Positions 13,948-26,189 of a stretch of 64,000 nucleotides of DNA are shown piece after piece. The position numbers and the translations under genes were made by a program. Every line of letters starts with the position of its first letter. Positions within the stretch are counted from its first letter, which is position 1. Source of the stretch: Azolla caroliniana (lineage: Eukaryota > Plantae > Polypodiophyta); the NCBI GenBank assembly GCA_043228905.1, contig JBHGNT010000002.1, positions 9,176,001-9,240,000 of the forward strand, read 5' to 3'. Below the pieces are notes generated by a model. It was not told the DNA's origin, did not search any database, and saw only the letters and a program-made list of their open reading frames with translations.

Positions 13948-14280
13948 AATGGACAGTCCCATTTGTACTATAATGTAAACATAGGTTGTAAATAACCGTT
14001 ACAAAAAAAAAGAAAAAAAAGAGAAGATAGCGACTATTAAAACGACTAAAGGCATGCACAAACTCCTAGTTCAAGAACACGCGGCACCACGATGGCTCAC
14101 CGCCCAATGAACCCTAAGCCACAAAAAGAAGGAAACAGAAGATTATCTGCACAAAGCAGAAACCCATCTTCTAGCTATCAGCGCTCCCATCGCTCCTCCT
14201 CCTCACCTTCTTCCCCATCCTATCTCAGAGCTCCAACTCACCACTACTACCCGTCTCCTCTCCATGAACCTACTCTGGCG

Positions 14281-17039
14281 ATGCCGATCTTCATCTCTAC
14301 TGCCCTATGCTGATGGCTCGTGGAGAAACGCCTGGATGGTTACATTCGGGTCGCAGAAGCACCTCCGCACCCGAACGCCATGGACATCGCCAGGCAACTT
14401 AACATCGACACGGTCACCAACTCTTCCATTCGGAAGAAGTTAGACCTATCCTCACTAGGCGAAAGACATTTCGAAATACCTCCTGCAGAGGCGCTGCAGC
14501 GGTATTTTGGCCCATATTCATCCTCCGCCAAGGCCTATAGAACAAAACAGATTTCGGATCCCTTCTTCCGTGAAGTTGCCAAGTTCCTACTGGAAGTCGG
14601 CTGCGTCCATGTCAACGCATACGGGATGCCTAAGCAGAAGGCGGGCATCATTATCGACACCTTTGAAGGGCGTACAGTCGACTGGGGGGTCATCACAGGG
14701 CGGGCGTTAAGGGAAGGTTTGCATGTGTACCAAGCAGGCAAAAGGCTCAGGCCAATCATCCAACAATACCTTACGGTACTGTTTCCACCCCGAGGCCTGC
14801 TAGCACCGCAGCCCAGCCAACCCACGGCCCCGCCCCGATCTGCGAAATGCAGGTTAGCGGAGTTAGCGGCCCCAGAGTGGGAGGAGGAACCCCAACCGGC
14901 CCAGCCAAGCCCAAGGACAACACCTCCTACCGACCAGCCGGACACACGGGCAACGCAGGAGGAACAACCGAGATGCCCCATGGAAGCAGCCCCAGAACCA
15001 GACACCGAAGCACGGCGGGAAAGCCCTAGACCAAAACGGCGCAGATTGGACAGGAAAGATGGGCGAGGGTTGGTAAAAAACGCCCCCACGGCTCCGAAGG
15101 CACCGACCGAAGGCGAAGGCTCCGCAACAGCAGAGCCGAATACCACCTTCGAAATCATCCGGGAGCCGCGGCCGATTATTATGACTCAGTCCCAACGAGG
15201 GAAAGCCGTATTGACGGCGGAAAGCGAGGTTTTGGCATATCCGGATATCCCGGATACGGCCCACGAATTCAGCGCCCTCTTGCAGTTCGGTACCTCTTTC
15301 GAGCTCATGGAGTTCCTGGCAACACAACAGGTCAAAGCCGCCCAACGAATGGCCGAGGAGCATGTGGAGCGTCAGATGATAGAGCACACCCTAACACAAA
15401 TAGCGGAGAGCGACGATGAGGACCGGCTAGCCAGGGTCGGCTGACAGAGGAACGTCGGGGTACGGCGAGTAGGGATGGAGATACCACCCTTAAACACGGC
15501 CCTAGTCGAAGTCCATCGGGAACTGGCAAAGGTCAGCATAGGCGCCAAAGAGATGGCCATAAAAAATAAGAATGTTTGGAAGAAGGTTAAACTGACCGAA
15601 GCCGAACTATAAAAGGCCAACGCACGCATCGCGGAGTTGGAAGCTCACGCGACTACGGCGCAACACGAAACCCCGCCACCGAACCACGTTATCGACGCTC
15701 TAAAAGAAGAAATCGAGGCTCAGACCGCCATCGCCTCAAAAGCAAAAAGGGTCGTGCAGCTAGCGGAATCCGAAATTGACCGTCTTCGAGCAGAACTACG
15801 CCAATCCTCCGACAGAGAAAAGGAGATACGGGCTAACGGACGAAAGGCCGTAAAAACTCTTGAAGAGAAACTAGCTACGGAGGTAGCCCAGCACATCCGG
15901 ACAAAAGATGACAACGCCCAATTACGAGAGAACGCAAAGAAATCAAAGGCGGCAATAGCGGGACTTCGGGCCTCATTAGAAAAAAAGAAGGTATGGTTCG
16001 ATGAGCAGTTGGTGGTCGAACAAGACAGAAGGCATCAACTCGAAATCCGCCTAAACAATGAAATGGGGAAATTAGAAGAACAGCATGCAAAGGAATCCCA
16101 GCTGTGGGCAGGCCGGAAGGCCACGTATGAGGAAGCGGCAACCGTTAAACAACAGGAAATCGCGAATCTCCAGAAGTCGATGGAAGACGCACGCAACCGC
16201 TGCCAGGCCATCACAGATAACGTGCGCGTCCTTCTCCAAACCAACCGGGAAAGGTTCACAACGCAATTGAAAACGGCGCGGGACAAAGGGTGGATGGCGT
16301 GGGCAACCCAAGCAGCGGAATTGCACGCGTATCGTGCGGACTGGGAGAACCGGCGGAAAGACGGCCGAGGGTTTTATAAGCTAAACGAGGAGAGCATTGT
16401 GACCGTACGGGGGGACCTAGCGCAAGACTATCGCGCGCTAGTAGACCAACACTCCGAAGAACTCGCACAACTCCTAGATGATTTTGGTGAAAGTCAGGAG
16501 GAGCTATTTCACCATATCACACAAGCCGGCAACACGCACACAAACGAGGAACCCAGCAGGACACTAATTCCGGTCACAACCGAAGAAGAGGAACCTCAGG
16601 CCCGATCACCTGGGATGACAACGGGGGAGAATAGCGGGGACCAACGAGCGGAGTTCCCCACAGGTCCAGACAGCGAAACCATTACACAACAAGAGGTCCA
16701 GCCCACACCATCTTCAGAAAACGCGGAAAATAGTGCGGACCAGGCGGAATCCCGCCCCACGCCCAAGGACACACAAAAACGGTGAACACCGCAGAGGACG
16801 TAACAATAGAGGCTGAGCTGCAGCCGACTGCAAGCACGCCAACGACGGAGCCCAGCCCACTAACTCAAGAAGAGCCCACCGTACCTGGACCACCTGCACA
16901 CGGCGAAGGCGACTCTGGGAGAAACCAGGCCGACCAAGCAAAGGAGCCGCACCACGATGCACCTACGGGCCCTACATCAACTCCGGACGAGGACACCACA
17001 ACAGAGCCGAACATCCGGGCCATTTTGGAAGAAGATTAA
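14281..17039 (+). pseudogene. Gypsy-A 3' extra ORF (~900 aa if repaired; globular N-terminus, Pro-rich linker, long coiled coil)
   Basis: ORFs 14092-14313, 14320-15444 and 15637-16785 share one frame, separated by single stops (14311, 15442, 15610). ORF 16782-17039 follows after a frameshift. Confidence 0.75.
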
Positions 17040-17067
17040 CGTGATGGGTCCGACGTGCAAAGGCACT

Positions 17068-17084
17068 GTCCCACAGGCGTGCCA
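17068..17084 (-). promoter_or_regulatory. Inverted PBS-like site (sense tRNA-like 3' end GTCCCACAGGCGTGCCA) at the PPT position of Gypsy-A
   Basis: Ends in CCA 2 nt before the 3' LTR. Its reverse complement TGGCACGCCTGTGGGAC matches the element's 5' PBS. No purine tract is adjacent to the LTR. Confidence 0.8.
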
Positions 17085-17086
17085 TG

Positions 17087-17527
17087 TGTTGTCCGTCGGA
17101 ATAGTAACCGACGGCCAAAAGCGTAGGAATAAGAAACTATATAAGAGCATAACGTATGTAACGGTTCACGCAGGAAGCGTGAACGGCTAATTAGACCCTG
17201 CATATATAAAGGGCAGAAAACCTCTTATGGAGGTGCGTGTAAATTTTGGGGGAATGTAAAGAACGCCTGATAATAGAATTCTATCTTCTCTGAGTTTCTG
17301 TGTATAGTTGCGGCTAATTTAGTGTCTGTGTCTCGGATACTTAAGCCTAGTAGTACGTAAGTGTAACCTGTGATAAGGATTCGGTTGTAGCCGTCTTCCC
17401 TTATACGCGGAGGAATTACAGAGGTTCTCTCCTTACGCAATACGCTTAAACCCTGTTCGTTGTTCCACATCCACCTTGGGGTCTAGGTCGAAGGACTGAC
17501 CACGGACCATGTTCCTAAGAGGCAACA
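17087..17527 (+). repeat. 3' LTR of Gypsy-A
   Basis: Direct repeat of 8144-8584. Confidence 0.95.
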
Positions 17528-17688
17528 ACAGTACCGATTCGAAGCGGACACTGGGCCAGAACGGTAAAGACCGGAGGGGAATGGACCGGAAGGGAACGAC
17601 GGCAATCGCGGCAAATGAAGAAGAATTGATGCTCATCACCGAGGAGACTGAGATAAACCTTGCCGGCGACGAGATGACCTGGGTGGTC

Positions 17689-20600
17689 TGTCGAATACAT
17701 GCGTATAATGGACGTATTCATACTATCCCGTTTTGGCCATTTATGTAATTAGCATAAAGGGTAGTTGCCCTAAGTCGGTCACTATATATAGTGACCTTGT
17801 AACCTTTTTGTAAGGTTGGTTGTTGTATTATTGCTTTATGAAATAAGAAGTTCTTTTGTGCCTCTTTCTCCCTCTCTCTCTCTCTCTCTCTGTGCAACGA
17901 CATACAATCTGTCATACGCAGGTACTCAGAACAGAACTGAATGCTTCTCGATCTTCCGCAAAGACGACATTCTCTACAACATCTGGTATCAGAGCAGAGG
18001 TTCGGCCTTCATCACCGCCTGCACAGCATTCGGTTCTTCACTTCATCTCGGCCTGCACAGTATTCGCGTCATTCGAAGAAAGAGAGAAGAAGAACAAAAA
18101 AAAAACGAGGTTTGCACCTCATCGCGTTAGATCCCCTTGCTTGGAGTAAGCCAGCAGGTTGTACTCTGTTCCTTGTGATCGTAACCGCTCGAGGTGAAAT
18201 CCCCTTGTGCAACTTTGACAACAACCCAAATTCGCGCTTCATCTGACTGATCGACATTCGGGAGGATCAGTCGGATCCGTCTCTCTCGTCGCTGCAGTCA
18301 CCCGAAGCCGAATCGGTCCAGATAATCGGTTTCAATAATCGGTATTCGGCATATATATCCGAAGCGAACCGGGCTCACTCCGACTCGGCAACATTCGGGA
18401 AGACCAGTCGGTTCTGTCCCTCAAGTTACCGGAGTCAACTCGAGCAAGTTCAACAATATATATATCCGAAGCCGAACCGACTCGGGTTCAAATCCGACTA
18501 GAACGATATCGGGTGAGCCAACCGGCTGCACTCCAACAAGGTTCGTAGTCAACTTCGAACCGAGCTTCGTCAACAGAAACCAAATTTGATGGCATCAACA
18601 TCCGGCTCGTCAGAAATGAGTCTACGAAAGTTCGATGGATCGAACTTCAACTTCTGGAAGGAGCAAATGCAGGACTATCTCATAGTCAAGGGGCAAATCG
18701 ATCCCATCGAAAATGAAGAACCTCCAGAAGGATACAAACCAATCGAGTGGCAGAAGCTGGACAGAATCGTCCGCGCCACGATTCGGATGCACCTATCGGA
18801 ATCGGTATATTTTACGGTGCAATCGTGTACGACAGCATTCGAACTGTGGAAAACACTGTCGGACACTTACGAAAAGAAGGTCGCCGCAACAAAGATGTTT
18901 CTGATCCGGCGCCTCTACAACTTGCGGATGAAAGAGTCCGATTCGGTTCAAGCACACCTCAATGAGTACGAAAGCATAAGCTCCCAAATCTCGTCTCAGG
19001 GGACGGCAATCGAGGATGAGCTCAGAGCAATGATACTCATGAGCAGCCTTCCCTCATCATGGGAAACTTTCGTCACAACCGTGTGCAACGCGTCAACCAC
19101 GGCTGTTAAATACTCCGAAGTCACGAGCGCAATCCTGACCGAAGCAGCTCGGAGAAAGTCTTTCGCCAAAGACTCAACAGACGACGCTTATGTAGTACAA
19201 GGTTCGACAGACCGATCGAACATACGAGGAAGAGATTCCTCACGACCGCCGAACAATCAGCGAAGACGGAGCCAGTCACGGGATAATCGAATCTGCAACT
19301 ATTGCAAGAAACCCGGACACATCAAAGCCGACTGCCGCGCACTCAAAAACAAAAACAACAAGAAGAGTGGCCGGCATGAGGAGATCAATTACGTCAGCTT
19401 CTCAGCTGATGTACTACCGGACGACCCGAATATACTATCAATCGAAAATCCAGTCGGCTCAGAAGTTCTACTCACGACTGAAGAATCGAGCACATGGCTC
19501 TTAGATTCGGGCGCGTCATTTCACGTGACTCCTCATCGATCCCAATTTCGGCAATATACGATCCGTCACTCCGACTCAGTTCGAGTCGGTAACTCGCAAC
19601 ACTGTGACATCATCGGAATCGGCACAGTAGAGCTCAACCTCGCCGGTGGCTCTACACTTGTACTCCACAATGTCCGACATGTACCCGAGCTCTCAAGGCC
19701 ATTGATCTTAGTCGGACAACTAGATGAAGACGGCATTCATGCCGGTTTTTCTTCGGGAGGGTGGACACTCCACAGGGGGAACCTCCTGCTTGCTAGAGGA
19801 CCCAAGATACACTCACTGTATCCGTTACATGTTACGCTCAGAGAGGGTAACCTGTTTTTGGTGGATATTCCTGTGTCATCACTATGGCACAGAAGATTGG
19901 GACACCTCAGCAAGGCCGGCATCACGCACCTATCTAGAGCCGGATACATCCCCAAACTCTCCTTCTCCGACCATCAATTCTGCGAGCATTGCCAGTATGG
20001 CAAACAAGTAGCCGCTTCACACCCGACATCAGCACCAAGAGAAACGAGACCTCTCGATTTAGTCCACTCGGACGTCTGCGGCCCAATGCCGCATCAGTCT
20101 CTTGGCGGTGCCTCTTACTTCGTCACTTTTATTGACGATTCGACTCGAAAGGTGTGGGCTTATCCAATTCGCACCAAAGATCGGGTCTTCTCGATCTTCA
20201 CCGATTGGCTCGCTATGGTAGAAAATCAAACCGACCGAAAGCTGAAATGCCTTCGGACAGACAATGGGGGAGAGTTCAAATCTGAAGAATTCGTCAAATT
20301 CTGCCGACAACGCGGCATCCGACGTGAATATACGGCACCACACAGTCCGGAGCAAAACAGGATTGCCGAACGCATGAATCGGACAATCCAAGAACGGATA
20401 GTTTCCATGCTCCAACACTCCGGACTGTCGGATGGCTTCTGGGCAGAGGCTCTACTCACGGCAGTACACATAATCAACATGTCGCCAAGTAGACCTCTAG
20501 GACTTCAAATTCCTCAGGAACTATGGATCGGCAGTAAGCCGAATTACGACAAGCTGAGGATCTTCGGATGCGAGGCGTACGCCCTTATTCCGAAAGATGA

Positions 20601-23089
20601 TCGCCGAAAACTTGCACCTCGGTCCAGGAAATGCATTTTCCTTGGATATGGATCAAACGGCGAAATGGGATACCGACTCTGGGACCCCGAACGCAGACAA
20701 ATCGTTCGAAGTTCGGACGTTGTGTTCAACGAGTCGGCTATGACTCCATCAGTCGAAACACCGACCGAAGTCCGAAGGGTAACATTTTCCGATGTACCGA
20801 CCCTTCAAGAAGGCCCCGCTCTTAACACACGGTCAGCTTCACGGGTAGCTGAACCTTACGCTACCGACTTGGACAACCCCGACTCGGCACAGCAGGACAA
20901 TCCGCTTTCGGACCATCCGACCTCGATACCCGATGCGACCAGTCCAATCATACCTCGACGATCCGAGAGACTGTCGCAACCTCCGGAGAGGTATTCTCCT
21001 GGAATTTTCTTCACCGACGCCGGAGAACCGACGTCTTACGAAGAAGCATCGACATCTGTCGATTCCGCCACCTGGCATCTGGCGATGGAGTCGGAAATGC
21101 ACTCCATCCGGGCAAACAAGACTTGGGATCTGGTCGAATTACCTAGGAACCGACGTGCTCTTCCTTGCAAGTGGGTTTATCGACTAAAAGAGACGTCTGA
21201 TTCGACCATCCCAAAGTACAAGGCCAGATTAGTTGCGAAGGGCTTCCGACAAGAATATGGCGTCGACTTCGACGAGATTTTTTTCACCAGTGGTGAAAAT
21301 GACAACCCTTCGTTTTCTACTCGGCGTCGTGGCAGCCGACAACCTGGAGCTGATCCAGCTAGATGTCAAAACAGCATTCCTCCATGGTGATCTTGAAGAG
21401 GAAATTTATATGGAGCAGCCAAAAGGCTTCGTGGCAACTGGCCAAGAACATCTAGTCTGCCGACTCAGGAAGAGTCTATACGGCCTCAAACAGGCACCAC
21501 GACAATGGTACAAGAAGTTCGACGACTTCATCCAATCGATCGGCTTCTCCAAAAGCGATGAGGACCATTGTCTCTTCACCAACACAGCTCAAGATGGATC
21601 ACCCATCTTCCTCATCATTTACGTGGACGACATGCTAATTTCTGGACGCCACGCGGGCGAACTTGCCGATCTCGTTCGGCAACTGCGGTTGAAGTTTGCC
21701 ATGAAGGACCTCGGTCCGGCACGACACATACTCGGCATGAAGATTAGTCGGCATCGCGATAAACGACATCTTTTTTTGTCTCAGACCGACTATATCCGAC
21801 GTGTCTTGGAACGCTTCAACATGCAATCAGCCAAATCTGCTTCAACCCCGCTCCCCATGAATCTTCGGCTCTCTCAGCGAGACTGCCCGACATCCGGTCC
21901 GGAGGGGGAAGATATGAAGTCGGTACCGTATGCACCGGCAGTCGGCTCCCTTATGTACCTGATGGTCGCGACACGGCCTGATATCTCTCATGCCGTAGGA
22001 GTCGTTAGCAGATTTATGCACAACCCTGGCCGATCGCACTGGAACGCAGTCAAGCATGTGTTCAGATATCTGGCTGGCACAAAAGACCATGGCATTCTTT
22101 TCGGTCCGAACCGAACCTCAGGCGTAGTCGGTTACACCGACTCGGATTTCGCCGGCTGTATAGACAGTCGGAAATCAACAACCGGATACTGCTTCAAATT
22201 CGGCAATGGAGCAATCTCGTGGAAGTCGAAACTTCAGGAGTGCACAGCGACCTCAACGACCGAAGCAGAATATGTAGCTGCGTCCGACGCAGCAAAAGAA
22301 GCTTTGTGGCTCGGTCGGCTGGCGCACACGTTTCGACAAGTCGACCATGACTCGGCTCCAGTTGTCTACAGCGACAGTCAAGGTGTTGTTGCCTTGTCGA
22401 AAAATCCGGTTCACCACAACGCCTCCAAACATATCGACGTTCGATATCACTTCGTTCGGGACTGCGTCATTTCAGGGAAAATCAGTTTAGAGAAAATATC
22501 CACAACCGACAATGTCGCAGATGGAATGACCAAGTGTCTTTCGGCAGACCGTTTTCGGTCTCTTCGGCATCAGATGGGCGTAACGACAAACCAGTCCGGT
22601 TAGAGCCGGACACAGAGCAGGATGGTTCCCGACAACCGACATCAGTTTCTTAATGATCGGCTTCAACTGTTCCGACCCGACCAGTTCGGTCTTCTGCCTT
22701 CGGACCCTGCCGACTCGAACAAAGCTGTTATGTCCGAGAACCTAAGTCTATACCTGTAATCTTAGATAACCAATGTATACGCCCATTACGGGGGAGTGTC
22801 GAATACATGCGTATAATGGACGTATTCATACTATCCCGTTTTGGCCATTTATGTAATTAGCATAAAGGGTAGTTGCCCTAAGTCGGTCACTATATATAGT
22901 GACCTTGTAACCTTTTTGTAAGGTTGGTTGTTGTATTATTGCTTTATGAAATAAGAAGTTCTTTTGTGCCTCTTTCTCCCTCTCTCTCTCTCTCTCTCTG
23001 TGCAACGACATACAATCTGTCATACGCAGGTACTCAGAACAGAACTGAATGCTTCTCGATCTTCCGCAAAGACGACATTCTCTACAACA
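17689..23089 (+). mobile_element. Copia-4: very young full-length Ty1/copia inserted in the protease active-site codons of Copia-3
   Basis: 293-bp LTRs at 17689-17981 and 22797-23089, identical by eye. TSD TGGTC. PBS TGGTATCAGAGC at 17984-17995, PPT GGGGGAG at ~22790-22796. The host frame TWVV|DSG is split by the insertion. Confidence 0.96.
18589..22603 (+). CDS. Copia-4 gag-pol polyprotein with a single frameshift in a T run
   Basis: ORF 18586-21390 (gag, CNYCKKPGHIKADC, WLLDSGAS, integrase, RT start) and ORF 21233-22603 (RT YVDD, RNase H). They join if T7 at 21278-21284 is T6 (DEIFSPVVK). Confidence 0.9.
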
Positions 23090-26000
23090 TGGTCGACTCC
23101 GGAACGTCGTTCCACCTTACCCCGAACCGGAAATGCTTCTCATCCTACTCAACCGGTGATCACGGCTGTGTCCGGATGGGGAATGAAGGTACATGCTGAA
23201 TTGTCAGCATAGGAGACATGTTCTTGACAACACCAACCGGATGCAAGCTGCTGCTGAAGGATGTCCGACACATTCCGGAGGTTCATCTGAACCTGATATC
23301 AGTCGGTCGGCTAGATGATGAAAGCTACACGGGTAGCATCCGGAACGGTGTTATGAAGTTCAACAAAGGGAGCTTGATTGTGGCTCGGGTCCGGAAGGTA
23401 AACACGTTGTACCTGATGAATGCCCGGTTATGCCCGGAAGAAGTGAACGTGGCATCCAACACTGCCGGTGAGCTATGGCACAAGAGGCTGTGTCACATGA
23501 GCGAGAAGGGGATGAAGAGGCTTGCAGACGACAACCTCATTCCAGTGAAGAACGTGCACTTGGAGAAGTGCACTGATTGTCTGGCCAGTAAACAAAACCG
23601 GACCTCCTTCTGATCAAGGCCATCGATGAGACGTAATGCACCACTAGAGTTGGTGCATACTGATGTATGTCAAGTGGACACGAAGTCACATGCCGGATCG
23701 CAGTACTTCGTGACGTTCACAGTTGACCACAACCGGAAGCTATGGGCCACACCGTTGAAGGCGAGAGTGGAAAGAGAAACCAGCCAGAAGCTGAAGGCGG
23801 TTCGAGTAGATAACGGAGGTGAATACCGGGGACAGTTCGAGGAGTATTGTCGCTCAAAGGGAATCCGGCTCAAATTTACCGTGCCGAAGACACCGGAACT
23901 AAACGGGTTGGCCAAGAGGATGAACCGAACCATAATGCAGAGAGGGTCCGGAGTATGCTGGCGCATGCAAAACTACCCAAGAAGTTTTGGGCTGAGGCAC
24001 TATCGACAGCGACATATGTGATAAACAGATCACCCTTAGTACCCTTGGATGGAGACACGCCACAGAGAGTCTGGACCGGTAAGGAAGTGTCCTACCGGCA
24101 TCTGAAGGTATTCGGGTGTCTTGCGTATGTGCATATAGCTAAGGACGGGAGAGGAAAACTAGATCCGAAGACCCGGCCATGCATATTCCTCGGTTACGGC
24201 GACGATGAGTTCAGTTACCGAGTGTGGGACCTGGTCAACAAGAAGGTATTCTAGAGTCGAGATATTATCTTCATGGAGGACAAGACGCTCGCCGACTGGG
24301 AGTCGGAGAAGAGGATAATGAACTCTGAGTCGACTAGTAAGGATCGATTCTACGATGAGCAGACCCAACCGCCAAGAGACCGGTTAGCACTCGAGGAACC
24401 AGCCGGTTACGGTGAGGATACCGAACCGGCAGAAGAAGAAGTAGAGGAAGCTGAAACCAGAACCGGCCAAGACCCCAAATCGGATTCGGATGAAGAACAA
24501 ATGGAGGAGCCGGTTACCGAAGCCCAAAGACGGAGATATCCTCTCAGAGAGAGAAGGCCCCCCCGGAGATTTCCGAATGCAGAGCATGTGCTGCTAACCG
24601 ATGAGCGGGAGCCAGAAAGCTTTGAAGAAGCAAAGGATGACACCCATAGCTGCAAATGGTTAAGTGCCATGCAGGATGAGATGGATTCCCTGCATGAGAA
24701 CCATACGTACGAATTGGTGGAGTTGCCGAAAGGAAAGCAGGCACTCCGAAACAAGTGGGTATACAAGTTGAAACCGGGAGATGCTGGCAACCCCCCGAGA
24801 TACAAAGCCAGGATCGTGGTGAAGGGGTTCCAGCAAAAGAAGGGCGTGGACTTCGACGAGATATTTGCCCCGGTAGTAAAGATGACCTCCATCCAGACGG
24901 TGCTGAGTATAACGGCAAGCATGGACCTCGAGGTAGAGCAGCTGGACGTGAAGACGACATTCCTTCACGTGACCTCGAAGAGGAGATCTACATGCAGCAA
25001 CCGGAAGGATTCATGGAGAAAGGGAAGGAGCACCTGGTTTGCCATTTGAAGAAGAGCCTGTACGGACTGAAGCAGACTCCCCGACAATGGTACCGGAAGT
25101 TCGACTCCTTCATGACCGATCAAGGGTACCACAAGACGTAGGCCGATCACTGCGTGTTTGTGAAGAAGTTCGAAGGAGGCGACTTCCTGATACTCCTTCT
25201 GTACGTGGACGACATGTTGATCGTCGAACGGGACCAAGCCAAAATATGGATGCTGAAGAAGGCTCTCAACCAAACTTTCGCAATGAAAGACTTGGGTCCG
25301 GCAAGACAGATGTTGGGGATGCATATCATCCGGAACCGGCCAACGAAGCAATTGTGGCTGTCACAGGAGAAGTACGTGACAAAGGTGCTTCAGCGGTTCA
25401 ACATGTTAGAAACGAAACCGGTCGGATCGACACTCCCGGAAAACTGCAGATTATCTGGTAAGCAAAGCCCGAAGACAAAAGCAGAGAAGGCTGATATGAT
25501 GAAGGTTCCATATGCCTCTGCCATCGGGAGCTTAATGTACGCAATGGTGTGTACCCGACCGGATATAGGATACGCAGTCGGAGTGGTGAGCCGGTTTATG
25601 AGCAATCCCGGCAAGTAGCACTGGAACGCGGTCAAATGGATACTCCGGTACTTGAAGGGCACTTCGAACATGTGTCTCCGATTCGGCTCCGGTAAACCTC
25701 AACTTGACGGTTTTACTGATTTGGACATGTCGGCTGATGTGGATACCAGCCGATCTACGTCCGGGTATGTAATGACATATGCAAGGGGAGCTGTTTCATG
25801 GCAGTCGAGGCTTCAGAAGACGGTTGCGTTGTCAACCACGGAGGCGAAGTACATGGCGGTTGTGGAAGCCGGCAAGGAAATATTATGGATGAAGGACTTC
25901 ATCGGAGAGCTCGGTATCTGACAAGATGAATATTGGCTCTATTGCGATAGTCAAAGTGCCATCCACCTTGCTAAGAATGCGGCCTACCATTCCCGGATGA

Positions 26001-26179
26001 AGCATATCCAGCGAAGGTATCACTGGATCCAAGAAAGAGTAGATGACCAGGAGTTCGCGTTGACGAAGATCCACACGGCCGAGAACGGGTCAGATATGCT
26101 GACCAAAGTACTGGTACCCGACAAGTTGGATGCATGTCGGAAGCGGATCGGATTAGTAAGACATCCCATGCTGGAGTGA
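23090..26179 (+). pseudogene. Copia-3 pol (PR-INT-RT-RH), disrupted
   Basis: Collinear with intact Copia-6 pol (50910-54031). Contains stops, frameshifts and a 39-bp deletion at ~23760. Confidence 0.92.
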
Positions 26180-26189
26180 AGGGGGAGTT

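Larger units (their letters stand above)
8144..17527 (+). mobile_element. Gypsy-A: Ty3/gypsy non-chromovirus (Athila/Tat-related) LTR retrotransposon with a 3' extra ORF
   Basis: 441-bp LTRs at 8144-8584 and 17087-17527 (about 16 mismatches by eye). TSD ACAGT at 8139-8143 and 17528-17532. PBS TGGCACGCTTGGTG at 8589-8602. Domain order gag-PR-RT-RH-INT, with no chromodomain or additional RNase H recognised. Confidence 0.95.

Noticed and set aside
14535-15387. Long antisense ORFs opposite the Gypsy-A extra ORF, and similar ORFs opposite the Copia pol genes
   Set aside because: Shadow ORFs of GC-rich coding sequence with no domain signal.
17027-17035. GGAAGAAGA as the Gypsy-A PPT
   Set aside because: It lies ~50 nt from the LTR and inside the extra ORF, whereas a PPT must abut the LTR to define its end.
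21278-21284. Programmed frameshift in Copia-4
   Set aside because: It falls inside the conserved RT motif DEIFSP, and plant Copia elements normally have a single ORF. A mutation or sequencing error is more likely.
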